Positions 16,186 through 25,632 of a stretch of DNA of 64,000 nt are shown here, in pieces (positions within the stretch are counted from its first letter, which is position 1; every line of letters begins with the position of its first letter). Origin of the DNA: a phage; the sequence record PX418213.1; one strand, written 5' to 3'. The translations under genes and the position numbers were made by a program. Under the pieces are notes generated by a model that ran no database searches, had not been told where the DNA came from, and worked only from the letters and a program-made list of their open reading frames with translations.

Positions 16186-17327
16186 AAGAAATCTCCAAAT
16201 TCATTACCCAGATCTTTCAAAGTATCCGTAGAGGTCTCAGTTACCTGACCTACACGGTAGGCTGCACCAATCTGGATTTCTTGTGGAGCAGGCTGTAAAG
16301 AGGTGGTATCCAACCAGTTCATGATCCACGGAATAGGGTTTTTGGTGATTACTGGTAAATGACTAGGCCATTCTACACCAATGTGCATAAACGCATTACG
16401 CCCTACAAAATATAGGTACTCTTCTAGAAGTTCTGCATTCAAGCCAATCAGACTACGACCTTTGAAAATGAAGTGGCCCCATTCAATTTCAGTTTTCAGA
16501 GTTTTCAGGAGCTGTGCTGGTGCTTTAGTCACTGCTTCATCTACCAGATCTTTGTCAAATTGCTGAAACATAATCTGGATGATTGCTTTAGACATCTGAG
16601 TGTGTAGAGCTTCATCTTTAGCAATTAATTGTAGGTTTTTAGCAATACCTTGTAGAATATCGTTCTCTGCTAATGCAAAGGTACATGCAAAGGATGCGTA
16701 AAACTGCATTGCTTCCAGACCATAGATCGCAAAATAAGCGTCTAATAGTTTAGCCTGAGTTTCACGTTTAACTTCAGGGAACTCAGTTTCTGGATATGTA
16801 TTGTCTCCACGATGATCGCGTACTGCGATGAAATACTGACCTAACTGGTACAGTTCATCGAATAGTTCAACAGAATCAGCGATGCGTGCGAATGCTTCTT
16901 GGTTTTTGGTTACAGAATCAATAAATTCTGCTGGATCAGTTAGCACATTACGAATAATATTGCTATAAGCACGACTATGCAGATCTTCGAAGTAGCTCCA
17001 CTGCTTGAGCATACCTTCCAATTCTGGACGACTTACAAGCGGCATAATAGCTGCTTCAGGAGCACGACTGATAAAGGAATCAGTTTGAGTCTGCCATGCT
17101 AAGTTCAGGAGTGTAATTTCCTGAATTTCACGTGGGAGATTAGGCCATTGTTTCTTATCTGCTTCCAGACTGATTTCAGTTTCAGTCCAAAATTGAGAGC
17201 GTTGCAGAAGTGCCAGGCGTTCTAGTTCTGGATGTGCTACACGTACATAATCTGCGATACCGAGAGAATCTCCCAGGAAAAGGTCAGCGTTAGTATGATC
17301 CCAATTCAGGTTTAGTAAAGTAGTCAT
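16182..17327 (-). CDS. nrdB: ribonucleotide reductase small subunit (class Ia)
   Basis: Size (381 aa), ferritin-like iron-ligand blocks, position next to nrdA; promoter at about 17359-17387. Confidence 0.85.
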   Translation of the reverse strand: MTTLLNLNWDHTNADLFLGDSLGIADYVRVAHPELERLALLQRSQFWTETEISLEADKKQWPNLPREIQEITLLNLAWQTQTDSFISRAPEAAIMPLVSRPELEGMLKQWSYFEDLHSRAYSNIIRNVLTDPAEFIDSVTKNQEAFARIADSVELFDELYQLGQYFIAVRDHRGDNTYPETEFPEVKRETQAKLLDAYFAIYGLEAMQFYASFACTFALAENDILQGIAKNLQLIAKDEALHTQMSKAIIQIMFQQFDKDLVDEAVTKAPAQLLKTLKTEIEWGHFIFKGRSLIGLNAELLEEYLYFVGRNAFMHIGVEWPSHLPVITKNPIPWIMNWLDTTSLQPAPQEIQIGAAYRVGQVTETSTDTLKDLGNEFGDFL

Positions 17328-17358
17328 TGATTTTCCTCTTTCTCACTATTTCAGGAAT

Positions 17359-17387
17359 ATTATAGCAAATCTGGTAGCGATTAGCAA
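17359..17387 (-). promoter_or_regulatory. sigma70-like promoter (minus strand) upstream of nrdB
   Basis: attata/tagcaa with 17-bp spacer. Confidence 0.5.
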
Positions 17388-17433
17388 GTAAAATTTCAAA
17401 GAAAAAGGAGACCCGAAGATCTCCTTGTTTTTA

Positions 17434-19764
17434 TTAAATAGTACAACCACCGGATGCACAACCGGCTGCTTCTTCTCCAGCACCTCCACCATTTGCGGTA
17501 TTGAAGTTAGCATAATACCAAGTTTTCCACCCATACTTAACAGCAGTCATGAAATCACGAACTACTACTGGGCCAGGAATGATTTCATTCTCAAACTTGG
17601 TGTAGTCATAGTACATATTCGTACTGATAGACTGACTGAAGAATTTCTGCATAGTTGCTACCCATTTGATCCACTCGATACGATCTACATCATAAGCCAG
17701 TTTATAGCTCATTAATGTTTCCCAATCGGTTGCACCTGGAGCAATTGCAATTACTTTATTTACTGCACTACCTTTAATAGATACAATCTTACGAGGCGGT
17801 TCGATAGAGTTAGTAACTCCTAGCAGAACAGAAGAACTTTCTCCCGGCATCTGAGCAGTCAGAACAGAGTTACGCATACCATATTTCAGAATATCTGCAC
17901 GTAGAGACTCCCAATCCATTTCTAGACCTACGGATACCAGTTCATCAACAGTTTTCTTGTACGTATCGATTACCAGAATTCCTTTAGATGGTTTAGTACG
18001 ATCAAACCACTCACATGCACCCTGTTCCTTAGCCAGGCGTACAGAGGCTTTATGCAGGAAGTAAGACAGTTTTTCAGCCTCACGGTGAATCCAGTTACGG
18101 GCTTCAATACCTTCGTAAGCCAGACCTTCTGCTGCCATTGCACCTGCTGCATTCATCAGGCCAATACCAACATTACGACGTTTCTTAGCCGTATATTCCA
18201 TAGTTGGGAACGGATAATCCTGAATTTCAATAATTGTATCAACGAATTTCAGGAGGATGTAGCAAGTTTTTTCCCACTCAGCCAGAGACTCCATGCGCCC
18301 AAGTACAACACCACCTAAGTTACACAGAGATACTTCACCAATATCCTCCGGCTTCATTTGATCAAGCTGCTCTTTTGTCTTGTACAGCTCTGTAATGTGA
18401 TGGAACGGGCGCGTAGGCTGAGTAATTTCAACACAAAGGTTTGTCATACGGATCGGATCAAGGAAGTTACCGTGACGATTAGATTCCCCGATGTGATGAG
18501 CATACATACGTCCTGTTTCCATTCGGATACGTAGCCAAGTATCTAGGATTTCTTTTGCAGAGACTTTAGGAGCTGCTGGAACTGTTTTTCCTTCGTGGTC
18601 GATCTTTGTAAGAGATGCCACACGTTTCTCCGCTGCCACGTAGATTTCTTCAAAATTAGCCTCGTCATCACTATAAAACGCTTCATGAACTTCTGGAGCA
18701 TAGAAGTATGACATTAGCGTAATATCTTCGTTTTTAAGATAACGTTTTAACAAAAGATTGTTAAAGCTCAGAGAATAATCCATCTTATCGATTTTATTCT
18801 CATCTGTAGCACGTTGTTGCTTAACCTGCATCAATTGAATGATTTCAGGATCGAAGTATGGATAAGACACTGTAGCAGAACCACCACGAGTTTGCTGAGT
18901 ATTGGCCTTTACTGAGCGGTCAATGTGTCGATAATATGGCAGTTTTCCGGAATGCGGGAATGCCCCATTTCGCACCGGATCAGCAATTGATCGGCTTTCA
19001 AGATGATACCCGATTCCCGCTCTGGCTGCGACCATTTTGAAGACGATGTGCTCGGCGGTGTCGATTGAATCCAACGTGTCAGTGGAATCCACGAGGCAGC
19101 AACTAGCAAATCCACGGTCACTAGAGCGCAGACCAACCAGTGGCGGCGTAGGAACGTTGATTTTGTGGAGTGACATTGCGTTGTAGAGATCGATTGCATC
19201 TAGAATTGTCCAGTTAGGTTGAGATAACATAGCCATTGCCATACCCATGTAGGCAAACTGCGGGGTTTCATAAATTTCACCAGTGGCTATATTACGACGG
19301 GAATACTTATCAAAGAACTGCTTCAGCCCACCACTAGTAAAAAGACGGTCACGATCATGGTCGATAACCTGATTCAGAGCTTCAAATTGCTCATCGGTAA
19401 TCCATGCACTCATGTCTTCCCATGCACCTACGCTAACCATGTGGTCATGGAAGAAGCGTAGAGAAGGTGGTTCGAAGGAATCATAAAGGCGTTTACGCAT
19501 TTGCGCAAGACGTAATTCCTTTGCTGGCACATCATATGCTGGATTATCTTTAATAAGACTTTCAGCAGCTTTAATTAATGCATCCATCAGAGTGTCGGAA
19601 TCTACAACCCCTTTAGGCAGAGTTTTTTGAGCAGCCATAGTAATGGCTGACCAACTTACATCAACTGTTTTGCAACCATACTCTGCCCAACCATTGATTT
19701 TTTCAGGAGCAAAGTCTTCTACAGTACCGTCACGTTTAATTACTTTTTCAATGCGATGGCTCAT
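17434..19764 (-). CDS. nrdA: ribonucleotide reductase large subunit (class Ia)
   Basis: N-terminal ATP-cone (RIEKVIKRDGTVEDF), C-terminal Cys pair; start moved to ATG at 19764 (MSHRIEK) preceded by AAGGAAAG; the track start at 19869 has no SD. Confidence 0.9.
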   Translation of the reverse strand: MSHRIEKVIKRDGTVEDFAPEKINGWAEYGCKTVDVSWSAITMAAQKTLPKGVVDSDTLMDALIKAAESLIKDNPAYDVPAKELRLAQMRKRLYDSFEPPSLRFFHDHMVSVGAWEDMSAWITDEQFEALNQVIDHDRDRLFTSGGLKQFFDKYSRRNIATGEIYETPQFAYMGMAMAMLSQPNWTILDAIDLYNAMSLHKINVPTPPLVGLRSSDRGFASCCLVDSTDTLDSIDTAEHIVFKMVAARAGIGYHLESRSIADPVRNGAFPHSGKLPYYRHIDRSVKANTQQTRGGSATVSYPYFDPEIIQLMQVKQQRATDENKIDKMDYSLSFNNLLLKRYLKNEDITLMSYFYAPEVHEAFYSDDEANFEEIYVAAEKRVASLTKIDHEGKTVPAAPKVSAKEILDTWLRIRMETGRMYAHHIGESNRHGNFLDPIRMTNLCVEITQPTRPFHHITELYKTKEQLDQMKPEDIGEVSLCNLGGVVLGRMESLAEWEKTCYILLKFVDTIIEIQDYPFPTMEYTAKKRRNVGIGLMNAAGAMAAEGLAYEGIEARNWIHREAEKLSYFLHKASVRLAKEQGACEWFDRTKPSKGILVIDTYKKTVDELVSVGLEMDWESLRADILKYGMRNSVLTAQMPGESSSVLLGVTNSIEPPRKIVSIKGSAVNKVIAIAPGATDWETLMSYKLAYDVDRIEWIKWVATMQKFFSQSISTNMYYDYTKFENEIIPGPVVVRDFMTAVKYGWKTWYYANFNTANGGGAGEEAAGCASGGCTI

Positions 19765-19906
19765 TTGGCTTTCCTTTTTATAGTTATCAGGATTTAAGGA
19801 ATATTCTACTTTATTATCGGTCATTAGGCAAATAAAATTTTCTGATAGAAAAGGCCCGAGTATTTTCATACCCAGGCCCTGTATATTACCAGTCTAGCTT
19901 TTTAGC

Positions 19907-20128
19907 TTATTCAATTACTTTAGCTCTAGCTACTTCTTTTAATAGAATATCTATGGAGGTGCTCAGCTCATTATAATTGAATGGTTTATTTGGATTTGAG
20001 GTTACAATTTTCCACGCTAGGGTTGTCTTAGGACTTTCTTCCCCTTCCTTACGTGTAATCATATTAGCAGCACTCAGTGAAGTACGATGTATTTTAGTTT
20101 TACGGCTCATATGAACGACGTTTCCCAT
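19907..20128 (-). CDS. hypothetical protein (about 74 aa)
   Basis: ORF track 19907..20197 trimmed to the ATG adjacent to the phoH stop; start uncertain. Confidence 0.35.
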   Translation of the reverse strand: MGNVVHMSRKTKIHRTSLSAANMITRKEGEESPKTTLAWKIVTSNPNKPFNYNELSTSIDILLKEVARAKVIE

Positions 20129-20129
20129 A

Positions 20130-20882
20130 TTACACCTTCCCCATGTCTTTAAAAATATCATAGAATGCTTTAGACTCAACAGAACGAACGTTATCAATCA
20201 ATTCGATCATTGAGAATGGGGCATTTTCGTATTTCTCATAGACTTCCATAAGGAGTGCTAGACCTGAGTCACCTTTAATGTCTTTCTGAGCTATATCTCC
20301 GCAGATAATTAAACGGCAGTCTTGTCCTACACGAGTTAGGAGACAAATCATTGCCTCAACGGAAATATTCTGAGCTTCATCGACAATTACATAGGAGTTG
20401 TTGAAAGTTCTGCCACGAGCATGTTCGATAGCCAAAAATTTAATTTTCTGACGTTCGACATATCCTTTATATGCATGATCGCCAATGGCCCATTTCATAC
20501 CATCAGCTATTGGCTCCAACCAAGGCTCTAGCTTTTCTGCTAGATCACCAGGAAGCATACCAAGAGACTTACCTAGAGGTTCATTAGGACGTACGAGAAT
20601 CACTTGCTCAATATCTGAGTGAATGTCTACGAGTTCCTGAGCTGCAAGAACGGACGGAATAAAGGTTTTACCAGTACCTGGCTCACCGATACCCACAGTC
20701 ACTGTGTTGTTCTTGATCATATTGATATATGATTTTTGCTCGCGGTTTTTACCTACTAGGGATTTAGCAACTGGGTTAGCGTAATCATTAGAAAAATCAG
20801 CCTGAATTACGTTATTCTCATATTTGTTGCCACGCTTTCTTGAACCATTGCGGTTCTCTCTTTTTTGACGTGCTTTTCCCAT
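20130..20882 (-). CDS. phoH: PhoH-like ATPase
   Basis: Walker A GEPGTGKT and PhoH-typical blocks; start at ATG 20882 preceded by AGGAG (track start 20891 is GTG). Confidence 0.85.
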   Translation of the reverse strand: MGKARQKRENRNGSRKRGNKYENNVIQADFSNDYANPVAKSLVGKNREQKSYINMIKNNTVTVGIGEPGTGKTFIPSVLAAQELVDIHSDIEQVILVRPNEPLGKSLGMLPGDLAEKLEPWLEPIADGMKWAIGDHAYKGYVERQKIKFLAIEHARGRTFNNSYVIVDEAQNISVEAMICLLTRVGQDCRLIICGDIAQKDIKGDSGLALLMEVYEKYENAPFSMIELIDNVRSVESKAFYDIFKDMGKV

Positions 20883-20955
20883 AAATAACACTCCTATAGT
20901 GTACTTCGCTAACAGAGGATCAACAAAAAGATCTTGTTTATCAACTTACAAATAT

Positions 20956-20984
20956 ATTATACCAATATATACAGTAAAAAGCAA
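20956..20984 (-). promoter_or_regulatory. sigma70-like promoter (minus strand) upstream of phoH
   Basis: attata/aagcaa with 17-bp spacer. Confidence 0.5.
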
Positions 20985-21176
20985 CTACAATTTTAAATAA
21001 GCCTATGATATTGCATTTAAATAAAAAATTTGCTTGCTTTTAACGTGAGATGTGTGATAATAGATAATCATTTTATATCGCGTACACGAGTGCGTGATTA
21101 TACAATTTTTAATAGAGATTGACAAATAAAATTTTTTGACTCAGATCATGTTACAGAACTTTATAGTAAAATATTG

Positions 21177-21205
21177 TTGACATCCGCCCTCGAATGAGTT
21201 ATAAT
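21177..21205 (+). promoter_or_regulatory. sigma70 promoter (plus strand): consensus -35 TTGACA, 17 bp, -10 TATAAT, upstream of nrdD
   Basis: TTGACAtccgccctcgaatgagtTATAAT; further TTGACA/TTGACT elements at about 21119-21141 suggest tandem promoters at the divergent junction. Confidence 0.6.
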
Positions 21206-21234
21206 AGTAGTCTTAGTTAGAAAAGGAGAGTATA

Positions 21235-23109
21235 ATGAATCGCAATGAAGAACTAAAGTATAAAGAAATGCAGGCGTTAATTAGAAACTGCAAAGAGATT
21301 ATCGAAGGGTCAGCAGATGAAGAGCTGCTGTTTAATAATGCCAATAAACCCTCAGAACGTTTCCCTACACAAAGGGATATGCTTGCAGGTGAATTGAGTA
21401 AGTATCTAATTCTAGAAGAAATGCCAATTCAGATTCGAAATGCTCATATGATTGGGGATATTCATTTCCATGATGCCGATTATGCTGCATTAGGCATGAC
21501 TAACTGTTGTCTGGTAGCTCTGGAAGATATGTTGAAGAATGGTATGAAGGTTGGTAATGCTGAAATTAGCACTCCAAACTCTATCACTACTGCGGCGGCT
21601 ATTACTGCTCAGATTATCACTCAGGTTAGCTCCCATCAGTATGGTGGTACTTCTGTAGATCGCCTTGATGAAGTATTAGCCCCTTATGTTCGTAAATCCT
21701 ATGATAAAAATCATGCGTTTGCAAAACGTTGGACTAAGGATGAAGCCAAAGCATCCGTAATGGCTACGGAGATGACTGAAAAAGAAGTCTATGACGCTTG
21801 TCAGGGTTTAGAATATGAAATCAATACCATGTTCAACTCTAATGGTCAGAGTCCATTTATTACCTTTGGTTTTGGTCTAGGAACTTCTTGGGAAGCACGT
21901 CTAGTACAGAAAGCAATACTGAAAGTACGCATGGATGGTTTAGGTATCAATAAACGTACAGCTATCTTCCCGAAACTGGTATTTGTACTTCGTGATGGTG
22001 TTAACATGAAACCAGGAGATGTTAATTATGACATCAAGAAGTTAGCTATGAAATGTACTGCTGAACGTATGTATCCAGATTATATTAGCTATGACAAGGT
22101 TGTAGAAGTTACTGGAGACTATAAAGTTTCTATGGGCTGCCGTTCATTCCTAGCTGCTACAGAAGATGGTGAAACTGCCGGTCGTAATAACTTAGGTGTT
22201 GTTTCTGTAAACTTGCCTAGAATTGCTATCGAAGCTGAAGGAAATATTGACCTATTCTTTGATTTGCTTGAGCTACGTGTGGATACAGCATTAAAAGCGT
22301 TGGAGTGGAGAGTTGATCGCTTAAAATACATTCAAGCTAAAGCTGCACCCATCCTCTATATGTCAGGAGCCTTTGGGTTACGCTTGGGGCCTGATGAATA
22401 TGTATTCGATCATTTCTATAACCGTGCTTCTGTATCTCTAGGGTATATTGGCTGCCATGAAATGCTACAGTTCATGTTTGGCAAAGATGTAGACACAATG
22501 TCCGAGACCTGCATCAAGTTTGTTCAGCGTGTATTGCAGTACATGCGAGATAGAGTCGATCAGAAGAAGGAAGAGACTAAGTTAGGTTATAGCCTGTATG
22601 CTACACCGTCAGAGTCCCTATGCGATCGTTTTTGTCGTCTAGACCGTGAGTATTTCCCGGAGCATGAAGATATTCTGTCCAAAGGATACTACACTAACTC
22701 TCACCACCTTGATGTGGAACGTAAAGTTGCTCCCAATGTGAAATTTGATTATGAATCTAACTTTACGCCTATTGCCTCTGGTGGGTGTATTTCCTATGTA
22801 GAACTACCGGATATGAAACGATTCCCAGATGCGCTGGAATGGGTTATTAATTATGCTGCTAGTAAGGTTCATTACTTCGGTATTAATACTCCAGTGGATT
22901 CTTGTGGTAAATGTGGATTCTTAGGTGAAACAATAGCATCCGAAGATGGATTTAAGTGCCCTATCTGTGGTAATCATGACCCCGAAACTCTTGAAGTAAC
23001 TCGTCGAGTTTGTGGGTATCTTGGAAATCCGGGTGCTCGTCCATTTAACCCTGGCAAACAGCACGAGGTTATGGGCAGAGTGAAGCATCAGGATATTCGA
23101 GCTAAATAA
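21235..23109 (+). CDS. nrdD: anaerobic ribonucleoside-triphosphate reductase (class III)
   Basis: C-terminal glycyl-radical motif RVCGYLG preceded by Cys cluster CGKCGF...CPICGN; AAAGGAGAG SD. Confidence 0.85.
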   Translation: MNRNEELKYKEMQALIRNCKEIIEGSADEELLFNNANKPSERFPTQRDMLAGELSKYLILEEMPIQIRNAHMIGDIHFHDADYAALGMTNCCLVALEDMLKNGMKVGNAEISTPNSITTAAAITAQIITQVSSHQYGGTSVDRLDEVLAPYVRKSYDKNHAFAKRWTKDEAKASVMATEMTEKEVYDACQGLEYEINTMFNSNGQSPFITFGFGLGTSWEARLVQKAILKVRMDGLGINKRTAIFPKLVFVLRDGVNMKPGDVNYDIKKLAMKCTAERMYPDYISYDKVVEVTGDYKVSMGCRSFLAATEDGETAGRNNLGVVSVNLPRIAIEAEGNIDLFFDLLELRVDTALKALEWRVDRLKYIQAKAAPILYMSGAFGLRLGPDEYVFDHFYNRASVSLGYIGCHEMLQFMFGKDVDTMSETCIKFVQRVLQYMRDRVDQKKEETKLGYSLYATPSESLCDRFCRLDREYFPEHEDILSKGYYTNSHHLDVERKVAPNVKFDYESNFTPIASGGCISYVELPDMKRFPDALEWVINYAASKVHYFGINTPVDSCGKCGFLGETIASEDGFKCPICGNHDPETLEVTRRVCGYLGNPGARPFNPGKQHEVMGRVKHQDIRAK

Positions 23110-23117
23110 GCTAATCA

Positions 23118-23150
23118 GCCGGGTTGCTAGTCGACCTGGCTTTTATTTTA
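23118..23150 (+). terminator. rho-independent terminator after nrdD
   Basis: Stem gccgggt/acctggc with one G-U, then ttttatttta. Confidence 0.5.
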
Positions 23151-23180
23151 TTTGCTTTCAGCCAAAAATTTATATATAAT
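23151..23180 (+). promoter_or_regulatory. sigma70-like promoter (plus strand) with conserved leader
   Basis: atTTGCTTtcagccaaaaatttatatTATAATagatttataaatttgagagg; near-identical cassette recurs at 30772 and 33013. Confidence 0.5.
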
Positions 23181-23208
23181 AGATTTATAAATTTGAGAGG
23201 AGAAAGAT

Positions 23209-23589
23209 ATGGAATTAAAGCCCTATATAGTTGAATCTACATGTGGTGGTTTCCATCTGGGTGTGGATGATATTGCTGAGGCTGTCTTTGCTGCCACAGG
23301 TGATTACTCGCACATAGAGGGTGTTGCATACCCTACCATTATTGGCGATTGGGTAGGAACAAATCTAGATGTATCTCCTTATAACCCATATTGCTTGTTT
23401 GATGAAGACAGAGATGAAGTAAAATGTAATCTTGAATTTGTGTATAATAGAGTGTTAAAAGTATACCAACGTAGCCCCAATGGGTACGAAGATATTACTT
23501 GGAGCATTAAACAGTATCTTAAAGATATATACTCTAGTTTTTCTGACGAAGACCTAGAAACAGTTGCAGTGGAGTTTAATAATGACTAA
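23209..23589 (+). CDS. hypothetical protein (126 aa)
   Basis: ORF track; GAGAGGAG SD; promoter at about 23151-23180. Confidence 0.5.
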   Translation: MELKPYIVESTCGGFHLGVDDIAEAVFAATGDYSHIEGVAYPTIIGDWVGTNLDVSPYNPYCLFDEDRDEVKCNLEFVYNRVLKVYQRSPNGYEDITWSIKQYLKDIYSSFSDEDLETVAVEFNND

Positions 23590-23788
23590 GAATGTGAAAC
23601 ACCTTAAATATCGCTTAATTTACAATGGACGTATGGAAACAGAAGACCTAGCCCAATTAGCTATTAATTCTAATGAGGTTACAGTGCGTGCGCTGGCAAT
23701 TGAAAAGTTGCGTGCCTCTTATGAAAATCGTGTTATGGAACTAGAGGAGAAACTTTATGGCATTCTCGAAGCCGATGCTACCAGATAA
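23582..23788 (+). CDS. hypothetical protein (about 68 aa)
   Basis: Track ORF 23564..23788 begins with TTG; ATG at 23582 preceded by GGAG is preferred. Confidence 0.4.
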   Translation: MTKNVKHLKYRLIYNGRMETEDLAQLAINSNEVTVRALAIEKLRASYENRVMELEEKLYGILEADATR

Positions 23789-23978
23789 TGGTTTAAATGC
23801 CGCTTTGGAAAATGCATTAATGCAGCAGTGGGAAACTGGCTATAAGGATGGTGTTGAATCCTGTGCTACTATGCTAGAAGTTATTGCTAATACCTTAATG
23901 GAGAAAGGCAATAAAGAATTAGCTGAGCTATTAGACAGTATTGGGCAAAACTTCAGAGAACAGGTGAAAAATGCGTAG
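23757..23978 (+). CDS. hypothetical protein (73 aa)
   Basis: ORF track; GAGGAG SD upstream. Confidence 0.45.
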   Translation: MAFSKPMLPDNGLNAALENALMQQWETGYKDGVESCATMLEVIANTLMEKGNKELAELLDSIGQNFREQVKNA

Positions 23979-24789
23979 ATTAATTATTATTAGCGGTGCA
24001 GGTTTGAGTGTTGAAAGTGGTGTACGAGCTTTTCGTACTGATACTACTAGTGGTAAAGCACTGTGGGATGACTATGATCTAGAAGAAGTATGTAATATTC
24101 ATGCCTTTCGTGGTAATTTTTATCATAAAACCCATATGTTTTACAACAAGCGTCGTGAAGAGCTAAAAACTGTTGAACCCAATCTTGCGCATTTGCGTAT
24201 TGGTGAATGGTATAAACAATATCCAGGTCAAGTAGTAAACTTGACTACCAACGTTGATGACCTTATTGAGCGTGCTGGAGTTCCACATAGTGACATTCTG
24301 CACATTCACGGATATTTAAAAGAGGTTGTTGTAGCTGATAGCTACAATAGTAGCAATAAACGGATTATTGATGTAGGATACAATTCTGTTGATCCAGATG
24401 ATTATAAATGGGTTAAACCTAATGTAATCTTCTTTGGAGAGCATGCTCCTGCATACGCAGAAATGTATAATGTTTTTGATGGTATTACCAGTCAAGATAT
24501 GATCATTGTGGTTGGTTGCTCTAACCAAGTAATTAACTTCTACTGGGAATTATTTCCTGTTCTTAATTTGACTGCTGCGAAACTTATGGTTGTTAACTAT
24601 TATGATAGTGCCCTAGCGGCGGAACCGGGCTATCAAGGTATGACTCGTAGTGAGATGTACCAGCTGGAAGAACGTGGTATCCCTTACTGGAGTAAAGGTG
24701 CAGTAGATGCTTTCAGTGATCCTGATTTTATTGCTCGTGTAGAAGCTCATTTAGAGGGTAGACCTTATGTGTCGAGAAGCAAGAAATAA
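23971..24789 (+). CDS. Sir2 (sirtuin)-family NAD-dependent protein
   Basis: N-terminal NAD-binding motif ISGAGLSVESGVRAFR, catalytic His context (ILHIHGYL), VIFFGE and IVVGCS blocks. Confidence 0.65.
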   Translation: MRRLIIISGAGLSVESGVRAFRTDTTSGKALWDDYDLEEVCNIHAFRGNFYHKTHMFYNKRREELKTVEPNLAHLRIGEWYKQYPGQVVNLTTNVDDLIERAGVPHSDILHIHGYLKEVVVADSYNSSNKRIIDVGYNSVDPDDYKWVKPNVIFFGEHAPAYAEMYNVFDGITSQDMIIVVGCSNQVINFYWELFPVLNLTAAKLMVVNYYDSALAAEPGYQGMTRSEMYQLEERGIPYWSKGAVDAFSDPDFIARVEAHLEGRPYVSRSKK

Positions 24790-24964
24790 TGAATGGGATA
24801 TTTTTATAACTGAGTCTGGCACTTGGTGTTATAGGTTTGCCTACAGGTTTGCCTACAGGTTTCCTAGTGTAAGAAAACGGTTGGGATACGCATATAAAAT
24901 TATCTATACTATGGATAATATATGGTTATCCTCTGGAGATGAGGAGAAACAGGTATGTCCATAG
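24767..24964 (+). CDS. hypothetical small protein, paralog of the next ORF (shared DIF..G.WCYR motif)
   Basis: DIFITESGTWCYRF here versus DIFVWADGSWCYRC in 24955..25137; contains a 12-bp tandem DNA repeat. Confidence 0.4.
   Translation: MCREARNNEWDIFITESGTWCYRFAYRFAYRFPSVRKRLGYAYKIIYTMDNIWLSSGDEEKQVCP
24831..24864 (+). repeat. short tandem direct repeat (12-bp unit ctacaggtttgc, about 2.8 copies)
   Basis: ataggtttgc ctacaggtttgc ctacaggtttcc read directly. Confidence 0.6.
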
Positions 24965-25137
24965 TTAAATCTGTGTATACACATCCAGATGATATATTTG
25001 TATGGGCGGATGGTAGTTGGTGCTATCGCTGTGAGCTGTGGGAAATGGATTATAAATCCGATGACTATGGTGTTATATATGTTGATACGGTTGAGTATGA
25101 TACGTTCTTAGAAAGGAACAGAAATGGAAATAAGTAA
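24955..25137 (+). CDS. hypothetical small protein, paralog of the previous ORF
   Basis: Shared motif; GAGGAGAAACAGG SD then ATG. Confidence 0.4.
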   Translation: MSIVKSVYTHPDDIFVWADGSWCYRCELWEMDYKSDDYGVIYVDTVEYDTFLERNRNGNK

Positions 25138-25630
25138 TACTCCAATTATTTTTCTAGACATTGATGGGGTGCTCAATTCGAGCATCTCCCACCATCATGC
25201 ACCTGACGATGAGAAGATTTTCTTTGGAAGTGATTGGGTTTTCAAACCGCTTCTCAAGGCTTTTCAGGACTTTATTCGTCCTTCTCCAATAATGATTGTT
25301 GGAGTATCATCTTGGTTCTCTGTCAGAAATGAGATGGAGAACGTTCGGATTATGACCGGATTAGGTCTTATCGATCGTTTTCTTGGTACAACGGATTTTA
25401 CTGGTGGTGGATTATCTAGGGGTAATTCTGTTCTTCGTTTCGTCGAAAAGCATAAGCTCAAACATTGGTGTGTACTTGATGATGCGGGTGCTATGATGTA
25501 TCAGTATCCAACGGTTATAGTCAACGGTAGAACTGGGATAAATCTTCAAGATTTAAAAGCTGTTAGCTATATGCTAGAATTTAGCCCAGATCTTGAAATG
25601 TGTAAATCCTTACAACAATTTAAGGTGTAA
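25124..25630 (+). CDS. HAD-superfamily phosphatase-like protein
   Basis: N-terminal HAD motif I (IIFLDIDGVLNSS); AAAGGAACAGAA SD. Confidence 0.55.
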   Translation: MEISNTPIIFLDIDGVLNSSISHHHAPDDEKIFFGSDWVFKPLLKAFQDFIRPSPIMIVGVSSWFSVRNEMENVRIMTGLGLIDRFLGTTDFTGGGLSRGNSVLRFVEKHKLKHWCVLDDAGAMMYQYPTVIVNGRTGINLQDLKAVSYMLEFSPDLEMCKSLQQFKV

Positions 25631-25632
25631 AT

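Noticed and set aside
17346-17534. Minus-strand 62-aa ORF between nrdB and nrdA
   Set aside because: Overlaps the 3' end of nrdA in another frame and the nrdB promoter; unlikely to be translated.
21100-21165. Additional TTGACA/TTGACT elements upstream of the nrdD promoter as separate promoters
   Set aside because: Matching -10 hexamers at 16-18 bp spacing were not convincing (best spacing about 20 bp), so only the consensus promoter at 21177-21205 is reported.
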